A stretch of 64,000 nt of DNA from Phoronis australis (Eukaryota > Animalia > Phoronida), in assembly GCA_002633005.1 (NCBI GenBank), contig NMRA01000096.1, forward strand, positions 372,001 through 436,000. Reading direction: 5' to 3'. The notes beneath the pieces were generated by a model. The model ran no database searches. It was not told where the DNA came from and saw nothing but the letters and a program-made list of their open reading frames with translations. Below, in pieces: positions 50,701-62,700 of the stretch. Position 1 is the stretch's first letter; every line of letters starts with the position of its first letter. Position numbers and translations under genes: made by a program.

Positions 50701-53700
50701 AGCGAAAAAATAATTATTTGGCTCAAGGTAGGAGTTTCTACCCAATTTTATGGTAAATATTGGCCATCACAAATTCAAGAATTACGAGGAAGGCGAAAAA
50801 TGACTCATTTTAAAATTCTGTTGCCCTGGCAGCCATTTTCAATGATTGTATCTCAGACTTGGTTGATACAAAACGATGTTTTAAATAAATGCCAAAATTG
50901 CTCATGTCACAATCTTTAGAATCAATTGACTTAAATATTTTTACCATGAACACTATAAAGCATGTCCTGGTGTTGAAAGATCAAGTTTCTTCATATGAAT
51001 GCGATTTTTCCCATGTTTGAACTGATATGGGTTGCAATAAAATAAGAGGAATTCTCGCAACAGCCCCACAGCTTTGGTCGTTGAAACTAAACCGTTGTGA
51101 AAACAATTAGCCAAGTAATCTGAGAAATTGGTGTGATGTCTGAAGTATTACAACTGGGTGTGAAACATGATAATTTTGTCTAGAATCATACAACGTTAAA
51201 TTGCAGAAAGCATGGTTTTAACCAATGAACCTTAATTTACAATCACAAAGTATAACCAATTCACTTCTTTGCGGTCTATAAGTAAGCATCCGATAACAGC
51301 TAGATATGCCCTGGATAAGTAACAGATGTCATACGTATTGCAATTGACCTATCAACAGGATTTTTAATGATGGCTTAACTGACCAATCAAAACGCAGCAT
51401 TCTTGACACACCTTCATTTGCAAGTCGCAATTTTACCAGTCAAACAATACGTTGTCGGGAAAAACTTATCGTTTGCTTGTCGACTATTCGCAAGGGGGCG
51501 GAGCTTGTGACAGCTGCCAATGAGTTTGAAAGGCACTTTGCGTTCTGACAACTAGAACCAACCTGATGCTGCCACAGCCTTCAGCAGACGTGAACAATTG
51601 TCTTGGTTAGAGTAGCTACTGCTGAATTCTTTAGTCTCCATAAACTGTTTGTGACGTAAAGCATAGTCCTCAATTGTTTTAAATGCCTCTGAAAGGAATG
51701 AATTGCCAAACATTATAATCTCTGACAAGGTATGTATCATTATGAAAATTTGTTGATTAAGCATCTACATATTAAAGGTCAATTGGAAAATAACACAGGA
51801 TAACTTATATATTGTCAGTAACTAAAATGGCCAACAGGGGGTGCTACAGTAGTCTAAGCCGCCCAATGTAATCAGCTGGTGTCAGCACATTCTAGTCATA
51901 AACTTGTGTCAACGATTCATCAAAACCTGTCGAGCAACTGACGGACAAGCGGACAAGTTGAAAACTAAAATGGCCAACAAGGGATGCCTCGGTCGTCAAA
52001 CTCGAGCGATAACCGACTGCTACATCCTCGAGCGAAAACCAACTGCTGCATCCATGCCACTATTTTTTGCGTCAAGTTTCATCAAAATCTGTCATATCAT
52101 TATGATAATAATCGACGAACAAAGAAAATATTTTGTTGAAAATTAAAATTGCCAACATGAAATGCCAGGGTAGATGGCAACATCTGAGAAGTGATTGGTT
52201 GTTGTGTATTTCCAACACATATCACTGCATTCAGTTTCGACAAAATTCTTAAAATCGTTTTGCAAAAACATGATACACAAGAACTTTATAGTCGAAAACT
52301 AAAATACCAAGTACCATGGTAGCTGAATCTGTTCAACAATGGAATGTTGCCTGGACATTCCTACAAAATACCTCTGCATTACCTTTGGGCGAAATTCATT
52401 AGGTTCTTTAACCAAAAATTGATGGATTTCCTTGTCAAAAAACAGAACAGCCAACTGGTCCTGCTACAACAGTCAAATCCATTCAATAATTTAATGGTGC
52501 CACCGCATTACAACGATAGAGCTCTGATCAAGTTTTGGCAAAATTTGTCGAGTAATTTTGCCAAAAATTGATGGCCAAAGAATTTCTTGTTGAAAGCTAA
52601 AGTGATGCCACTGCATTCTTCTCATAAAAATTCGAGTCAAATTAGATCATAATCGATCAATTGGTTTTCAAATAATCAATGGACAATGCAGACAATGAAG
52701 GACGGACAGGATGCTGATTATGTGCGATCACAAAATTTTTGGGTGCATAAAAAACACAAAACATTGCAACCAGAGCTTTGTCTAATTTTCTACAGAATTC
52801 TGTCGTTTTGTATGAAACAAGAGCATAAACACAGCATCTAAAACATCGGAATTAGAGCATAAACATAGCATTTACAAAACATCAGACTTCTATAGGGAGT
52901 TTTCTCAGAAAGCAATTTGAAAAGTTAAGACGCTGTTTTCGAACTACCCCACAAAAAATGAACAAGACAAATCACTGGAAAATTAAGATTTTCAAAACTC
53001 ATAACAAGGCATGCCAAATGACCACCTCTTATGATGGTGACCCATTATGATAGCGATCAATCTTCAAAACGCAATGGCCTCCAGAGGATCATACCTTCGG
53101 TTTTGCCCTCGTTCACCATCAAAGTGGCCACATTGAAGAGCGCCCAAGTGTAACTGGCATACGCGGGGTTTTGACTCTCCCTGAAACAGGTACACAAACA
53201 CTGTGGTCACAGCTTGACTATTAAAACCCACTATGGTCACATCTTGCAATAAGAATAATCGTGTTGACACTGACGAGGTATCTTTATGCATGCAATAACC
53301 AGCAATAACATTAATAGCGCACTCTACATCAATGGCAAATAATCAGTTTCATTGACAACTACTGATGGTTGCTCAACTCGGCCCAACAGGCGGAATGAAA
53401 CTGTCGCACCCTCGATAGCAGGAACACAGGTGGCATAAAAACTAACTAAATTCCACCAAGCTTCATCAAGTTTAATAGTGCGTCACCTATTTGATCTTTT
53501 AGACCAAACTTTAATTTCCATACTCCATTACAAATCATTGCTCAGTTAGTACGAGTCTTTTGATGAGGAGCACTTGTCAAAAAAACTTGAAAAAGCTTGT
53601 TGGGCCAGTCAATAGTTTTAACATTGAATTCCAAGCTTGGAAAGCCTTTCCTCTCAGTAGTTATTCCAGTGCAAGCATGGATATGACTTCTGGACCACTG

Positions 53701-56700
53701 TTCAGCTAAAACTCAACTCATTGTGTCACAGAATGAAGGAGGTAAAAAAACGAGCGATCTCTGCCCACAGTCGTTCACTAACTCGGCCAAAGCATAAGTC
53801 AAGCTTGATGATTTACAATATTTTTAAGGAGTTGTTGAACTACAATCAAACTTTAAGAGTGACGAGCTTCTACAAAGCATTGTTTTATTAAAAATTTAAG
53901 TGATGGAGTTGGCTTTATTCATTTAGTCGTGAACATCCCGGTGTAGTATCCCTTTAATTAAGGAAGAGCACTTGTCAATAATGATTATTCAAGTTTGATG
54001 AATCGAGTGTCATGAGATTTTAACACAAGCGGTCTTTATCCAGTTAAGCACGACAACATACAGCATGTTCTTGTAGCGCAGTGCTGCCTCCAGATCCTTT
54101 TTGTGAGTGGCCATCATGAAGACGATCTGTCTCAGGGTGTCAGCTTGGAACACAAAGCCCTTACTGGACAAGTCTTCCATCAGGGCCTCAGCAGCTTCCA
54201 CTTTCTGGGAAAAACAAGAAATTGACGTTGAACATGTTACTTCGACTGTTCCGATCAGGTACCTTGATGAATTGTAAAGATAAAAAGCACAGGAATAATT
54301 GTTGCAGTGCTCTTTGCGTCATTGGCTAATGAAAATTTTCATTGATGCAATATGATTGCTTAACCTATAATTAGCCAATTGTGAATTGATGTGATTGGTT
54401 TAAGTCAAATGCAGCTAGCCGTTTAGACCAACCACTACTCACGTAACATTGAGGTAGCAGATGAAATGTCACACGTGAAAATGCAGCGCGTGCAAAAAAT
54501 ACTGCATAAAACAACGACAGAAGGTCCTAACACAACTCGTAGGTCCACCAAATTGGTCCATCAATTATACGCCCAGTGGGTAAATTAACCCATAGTAGTA
54601 TTTCAAAAGTGATCCCTACGAGTGTAGACAGAACAATGGATTCAAGAACAAGAGCAACGCTGAGCGTTGAAATGCATACATGGCCGGACAGCAAATGGCT
54701 TCTATGGGTGTTCTATAAGTATAATAAAAATGGCCACTAGATGGCACACGATATATCAGACCTGTTTGAAAATGGCAACTCATCATCCTCTTCCAAATAG
54801 AAAGCTATTTCCTAAATATCATGAAAATCTGTCAAAGTACTCCAAAAATTACAAAAGTGAACAAAAAAAACAAATTGCCATAAGGAGGCGAAGCGGTAAT
54901 CCGATCTGTCCATCTGTTGTCACGTTTTTTTAAGTTATTTTATAGGTTATTTAGTACTTTATTCATGAAAATGTTCAAAACATTACTGAAACAACAAGTA
55001 CGCACACACGCACACAAGTACACCACACACATTCATGTTTCGAAATAATAGGTAACTAGACAACTAGACAAGATTTGATTTTTTATTACTTATACCTGTT
55101 GTCAAGTTAATAGGAAATTCAATATGCTTGCCAAACTTCCAACAGATTTTACAAGGAGGCTTGGGAGGTACAGACACAGATGCTGAAAATGTCACTAGAG
55201 GGCATCACAGTAGTTGAACCCATCCAAAAACCCACGTCAGTCATGACATAGCGGGTCATTTTACGTGCCAACATGGCCTTAAGCAACAACAAATTGCGAG
55301 TATTTCCCAAATCCAGAGATCACTTCCATCCTCAGTAACAGTCAAATTCACGAGAGCAGTTTTACAAGTGGCACAAATGAAAAGATAGTCGTTAGAGCCG
55401 ATTTCACGTATCAGTTAGGGCAACCAGTCCGTCATCCATCGATGACGCGTCACCCCCGGCTCCTCATCACGAGAATCTACTTACCCCTTCTGCACAATAT
55501 CGTGACAACAGCCATTTTTGTATTCCTTGTACACGCTCTGAACGGCTCTCTCCCTCCTTGAGCAGCAACTCCAGCTCTTCAGTAGACTTGTCAGCCAACT
55601 GAGACAATGGGAAAATACAATCTTAATGAAAATATTCAACCGAAATGTTATCTCTTAAAACATTCATACAGGACTTCCTCCACTATCTTCTCACTAGACA
55701 TTACTAGATACTATTAGTAGTACCGTGGAAGGTGGATTAGTCCTCTAACTTCAGTATCAAATTTTGCAGAAATATTATTTAGGAATATAAACAAAACTGA
55801 TAATAAATGTTTCTGATCTCACTGTCAACTCAAAGAGCCATATACTCAGGACAACGTGCTTACATGTAAAAGATATGCTTAAATAGATACCAACTGCCTG
55901 TTATAGTCTCTGTACAGTATTCCAATAAATGTGAATGTGCTTCCTACTCTAAAATTTAACCAACTTCGAGTCCACACAGCAAACATTAGCACTATCTTTT
56001 AGCAATTTTATTGTACTTCTTCATGAATATTAATGTCTTCCAGAGACACGTGGCTGTACTCTGAGTTAACATAAGCAAACACATTAACCAATCGCAAGGT
56101 GTACTCAACCATTAATATTCACAAATACAAATGACAGGTGGCCGTACTTTGAACCGCGCGAATCTTACCTGTACCGACTGAGGCCTGCCCTGAGTGCTGG
56201 GCACAATTTCAACCACACTCAACAGATGGAGTGCTTGCATGATGGCCTCGTGATCTGCGCGATGGGAGACCTTGTCAATGTTGTTCACACATTCCCTTGT
56301 GACTCCCAAGTCCTGATAACGAAGAGAAATTAGTGCGATTCACAAAGCCGTACTAAAGGCTGTTCTAGTCTGAACTAACATCAATGGGAAACTCAAAATA
56401 CACTACGGGGCACTAATGCAACAAGGGTCCTACCTGTAGAAATACATGCGTTCAGGTGTCATGTGAGACCCTTAGAAAAGTGCCCCCTTGCTCTCAATCT
56501 ATTGAGATGTTAACAATGGACCTTTTCTCATGATCACCACTTAATGGTTATCAAGCCACTCATTGCAAGACAAGTTTCCACAAAACCATAAAAAAAATAA
56601 CTTCACGCGTACATATTGTACCACACGTGCGCATACCGCTCAGGACGGCATATTGCACTGATCACCTGGGAACCATTTTTATGCTTTTTGTACATATATG

Positions 56701-59700
56701 TATGTGTGTGCATGCGTGTGTGTGTGTGTGTGTCTGTGTGTGTGTGCGTGNNNNNNNNNNNNNNNNNNNNNNNNNNNNNNNNNNNNNNNNNNNNNNNNNN
56801 NNNNNNNNNNNNNNNNNNNNNNNNNNNNNNNNNNNNNNNNNNNNNNNNNNNNNNNNNNNNNNNNNNNNNNNNNNNNNNNNNNNNNNNNNNNNNNNNNNNN
56901 NNNNNNNNNNNNNNNNNNNNNNNNNNNNNNNNNNNNNNNNNNNNNNNNNNNNNNNNNNNNNNNNNNNNNNNNNNNNGCGTGTGTGTGTGTCTACATAGTG
57001 GACCCTTACCCCACTAGGCCACACTGCCTCTTCTCACAAAACGTAACTTTGCATACGCAAATATGCAACCACAAATGCCATTTGACAAATGAAAGACACT
57101 GCCTACCCTTTGAGGAGACAGTATAACTCTGTGATTTGAGCTCCTTACTCCAGTTTTGAAGACCTGAGTTCGAATCATGGCTCACACTGCCAGACAAGTG
57201 AGTGTTGCACACAGACAGTTCTTACCCCTCTTAGCTTAGTCTTACCATGATTTTCCCTAGATAAGCCCATAGGCGTGTATTTGGAAAATAAATATTTTCA
57301 GGTGTTTTAGTAACACCAAATAAATGCCTGGGCGTTTATTCGGAAAAGGGGGAATGTTAACGGAAAGATTTAGTTTTGGCGACACAAATGCTAGCACGGA
57401 CGTAGGCCTAGATTAAGGTTTCCTGTCTTTGACATTTTTATTCAAAAGTGAGTTTTTTAAATTTTATATTAAATGAATAGTTTGCCAACATTTTGTTCGT
57501 TCTTATAAATGATAAATGCCCCACAAACCTGAATTTGTGACTAAACATTGATGCTGAATGGGCTTTTAAGAGGAAATTTTCCGAATACATGCCAAACTAT
57601 CTGGACAGTTGACACCAGAAGTTGTAAGGCCATGGGCGTTTATTCAGCATAAGTTTCCGAATACAGGCCCATGGGCATTTCATCGGGTGGGCTTTTCTAT
57701 GGAGAATCCTGGTAGTAATAGATGTACTTAAGGAAGTGACTGAGAACGTGGATGTAATGATGAAGTGATTTCCAAGAGAGCGCTACTATTACCCTTTCTC
57801 TCATTCCTTGCAGAAGAGGAAGTAGTTGATCCCCGTTGAACGTGCGTGCATATGACATGACTACATCACTGTTCAGCTGTGAACTCGTCTCACTCGTCGC
57901 CCACTCATTCTTCGCTAGCTCCAGAATCTGACGGACAAAAACTTAATATTATGACATTTCGAAAAACATCTATTTCTAAAACAAGACATTCGTAAACTAA
58001 TGGCCAACGGCAAAATTGTAAAGATGACCCCTGCTGTCACTTGTAGTGCACTCCATAGTGCTAGACACTTATTAGTCCCCTGCGGCGAGAAATCTTGCAG
58101 CTTGGTATATGGAGCCCAAATAGCGTGTTTAGTTCCAGTTTACTTCTGTAATTTAACATTCCAGTCTCGCCAAACAATCATGTCAGTGGCAACCATTTTG
58201 CTAGTCTACGCTACCACGGTTTCAATCATACTTGCGAAAAAATTATCCTGGTGTTCATAAGGTAGTGCATGGGCTGGCAAGATTTCGCCACACACGGAAG
58301 AAACTCCCCTCAAGGAATGCACGGCTGGCTGCATATTGAGCCTGGATACAGAGGTATTCTACCTTACAGTGGATGGAACAGTGTACCGACAGAGTTAATA
58401 GTATTGTTTGTGAGTTAAATATTCCCTTACCAACACTAAAACTGTGAATTAGAAAATGGCACATTACTTGTGACTAGAGTAAGTAAGGGTAATAGTCATC
58501 AATATAATGAATAAATTTCTTTTGACATACATATTCAAAAATGCCATAACAATTATCTAAATTATTGTTTCATTTAGTTTCTGTATGCAACTTTTGAATT
58601 TTTTAAAGTCTTATTTTCACTGCACCCCCTCCCAGCAAAAAAAGGAATGTTATAAAAAATCTCGATCTGGAAGTTTAATTAGAATCTTATCGGCCATTTC
58701 TAACATATGATTCTTTAAAGTAAGTCAAATTAAGACAAATTTAAAGGGTCTGGCATAAACATAAAATAAAATAGTAAAATGAACCAAGCACGGACTGGAA
58801 TGACAAACCCAGGTCGAACTTGACAACCACTGCTTCAAGGACTGACATCGATACTGACATGGAGACCAAGGCTCACAAACATTTACACGAATTTTAATTT
58901 CTTAACATTTTTTCCAACACTATAAATGATGACAATCACAATTTGATCGTTAAGAAATTTCCCTACTGGTTTACTTGCAGATAATCTTAAGTCAGTCTAG
59001 CTCACCTTCAAAGTATTTTCAACATCTGGTGCAGATCGCATGGCTTCCTCCAAGTTAGGCCGTATTACAGAAGGTCTAAATCGGACAGGCTTACCTTTAA
59101 CTGAAAGGAATAACATGCCTGGCCCATTAATCGGTATTTACTAACAACAGACATCAGCGCAAATTTTATCCAATAAAACGGTTTCAAAGAAATGTCAACT
59201 AGAGAAAAGTGACACCTGAACAAGAAGTAATAAAAGATAAATGAAAATCTATTTCAAAGATGGAGTATTTCCAAATATAGCAGTAGTTGAGAGGAAATTT
59301 CAATTTGAGAACTGCCGCCTGCAAAAAAACGAAAGCGAAAGAAAAAGAAATAGAGATGTCGTGTAAACAATTACAGTTATTGTCATCAAAAACCATAAAG
59401 TTTCCCAAAAGTCCCAAGTTTTATCAGATGCAAGGCAAAAAATATAGAAGGAAATTAAAAGAAAATTTGAACTGCAACTTTGTCTGTTCCAACACACAGC
59501 AATAAGAAGACTTAAAATGGGTAGTTTACTCAGTGCCATTACGTTTATTTTTTCATATGAATTTCGGATGCTTTGTGATACCGAATCAGAGTCATTTTAT
59601 AGTACTCTGGTGCTGCCACAGTAGTTCAGTTTTTGCACTAACATAACGGGAATCTCCGCCCACATACCCCATCCCCCTGAAATACAGGCTCTTTGGCCAA

Positions 59701-62700
59701 CTTGCGGAACCACAATCGACATTTTCTACAATTCATAACCATTTCCAATTGTGAACAGTGTCAACCAGTGTAAAACCACATCATAGATTTCAGAGAAACC
59801 GAACATCGTTTTTTTTTGCTTATCTGCAAAATAATCTCGACTAACTGTACAATTGGCATCAAAAATTAAACAACAATAAGTCCTTAGTTCCTAAGTTGAT
59901 AGGCCCTCAATGGTACCACTAACTCCCATAAGACACATACCAGTCCTCATTCCAAGTCCATGGCGATGGCAGTTCCATTCACAGCTGCTTCAAAATGTAT
60001 GTCCGTGATTATATTTGTTGTAAAGAAAGGTAAAAATTCCCCCTGGGGCAGAAATTCCCTGAACCGGGTGCATTCATATTGTGCAACTAAAAATTAAACC
60101 AACTCAGAGGACTAGACGTGGCTGCTATTATTTGAAAGACTTGTACGCTCTGCCTTACCGAATTCCACTGCATCACTGATATTAACAACAAGCTGTGATA
60201 GGAACACGGCAAAGTTGACTTCATTCTCTGGAAATCCAATTTCCTGAAACAAAGTAGACGCAGAAGATTACCCAAAACACCTATTGCTAAGTGTCAATAT
60301 TTGAAGCAGTGGCCATATGCAGCATTCGGACACCAAGGCATATGAAACAAGAAAGTTGCCTTTAGGTATGGATCCAGAGAGAGGTCTGTGCTTTTATGTA
60401 AAGATCCATAGAGGGGTCCGTGTCTTTAGGTATGGATCCAGAGAAGGGTCCATGCTCTTGGGTATGGATCAGTGAGGGCTCCACAAACTTCATAACATTT
60501 AAAACCCTTGGAAAAATTTCAACATTCTCCTGAGTTTACCCATTGAAGAAACTCCCCCCCCCCCATCAAGCCCATGTATTCATGTCTGGCATTGTTCAAC
60601 TTAATCTAATATTATACACACAAAATTGTAAAATCAAAGAATCATTCAACCACACAAGACTCACTTGTAACCTGGTGATGACTTCGTCTCGCTCCTGCCC
60701 TAACTCCATAAGGGCAGGTATGGCATAGCTGTGAAGTGTGAGCATAAAGTCAGTCTGTTCTCTGCACACCTCCTTCATTGAAGACAGGCTTTTGTATATA
60801 CCTGCAAAGTTGTTTCCATCACAACGTAATCACAGTTTCATACAGACATCATGTTTAATTCAATAAAAGCTATTCATCCTCATCAGAGTGGGCGCCGAAA
60901 TCTTAGAATTCGGATCCAGAAATTGTTTTGGCAGTCGACACTTCAGTCATAATCGGCCAATGTGAGACTTCCAAGAAGCAATGTTGCGGCTCATCGTGTG
61001 CAACCGAATACCAGTCACCTCGAGAGAATGAGGAAAGTTTATTATTGTGATATTTAAAATGAGGGTGGCCTCTTCAGTGATAGCACTGCTTTCCAAGAAC
61101 TGTGAAAGGGTATTTTCATGAAGTCAACATGTTCCCCTACGCACTTGTTGCGAAGAAGTACCTCCTGGTGCAGCCAGGTCCCACGTAATCAGCCCCATTG
61201 CTTTCTGAAAGTCTCCCATTACATGAAACAGAAGATCCTGTGCACACGAAAGAACTCAAAAAGTCACTAACAAAACGTATTACTGAATTTTACTCTTTTC
61301 AAACACACTTTGGATTCAGGTTGCAACACCAGAACAAGTAGGGAGACAGTAGTTGAAAAAATTATGACATTCTGAATAAATTTCAACAAAAACAACTTAG
61401 GGAAACTTCCATCATTACAATGTACAAACAAAGCATGGACGATGAACCCACAATTTCATAAGTATTTGATAAGACAGTATTTGAATATCAACCAATTTCA
61501 TTCTCATCAAACTGAACATGGGTGAATTTACAGCATCAATGAATTATGCTCATTATGAAGGGAACATTTGTCTTCATCCGACACAGTAAATCTATTCTGT
61601 TATGACTCGACTCCTGTCAAAGATAGACCTCTTCAGAACTTATAACATTACCTGTTATTTTACCTCAAACTGGAGGACAAACACAAAAATATTGTCCAGA
61701 TAAATAAACCAAAATTGTCAACAACTATTCTTTTTCAATCACATATAGAAATGACATATCACATTTCAACGTGTAAAATTGCCTAAGCGAGATTGAATGT
61801 GAAACAGGTCAACTCACTTTCCACATTCTTGGCTTCCAAAGCACTTTTGATCAGAGGCCAAAAGAAATGGCTTCGTGTAGGTACACCCTGCAAAAAGAAC
61901 ATAATTGTCAACAAAAATAGTTCCACTTAAACGACTAAAACACCACACTGGATATGGTAAAGCACTTGTTGAAATCAAACCACAATCTTTGCCAGCAGAA
62001 ATTCACATGTAAACCTTTCAAATGCAAACTCGTAAATTTGGATATAACAATGAAGCAATCATTTTTAGACACAAAACAATTTTTTTTTAAGTTACATAGA
62101 CGTCTACCACACTTCATTACAGAATCAACTAATAATGTTCTCAGGAAATGTAGTTATTAAAATAACTTTTAGAAGGTTTCTTTAATGTTTACAACTTATC
62201 AAAATACAAGTACACAAACAGTTCATAACACAACAGAATTAGTGTTTCATTAACTTATTAATATCTTTGTAACACATGAACATAAAGCCCCAGTCTCGCT
62301 GCCATAAAACTGAGAAAACTATCCTGCGTTGACGCACCACATGATGAATGCCACTCTGGGTCCATATTTGCAAACTTAAAAAACTGTTGACATACAGAAA
62401 ATAACCACTGTAATCCTTCACTTGTTTACCACACTATATGGCCGACAAGTGAAATTATAATTTGTGAAATTCAAAACAAAAATAAAGAAAATTTTAGTCT
62501 ATCACTAACATAGACGCCATCAAACAACTTTTAGTCAATTTTTCATTATTTGCAGTTAAGAAATCAGCCTTTCAGAAATTGAAAAATTACAATTTTGGCA
62601 ATTATTTTTTCTATTTAGGTGGAGAATTAATGCTCTTAGTTTCAGGTCTTTTAATGCAGTTAACGCACATGTTAACTGCATTTGCCGAATTTTTTCAAAA

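Noticed and set aside
59941-60000. Strong minus-strand donor (CTG|gtatgt) suggesting an extra LRPPRC exon
   Set aside because: The flanking exons 60159-60243 and 59006-59100 already join in phase, and there is no convincing acceptor or LRPPRC-like peptide.
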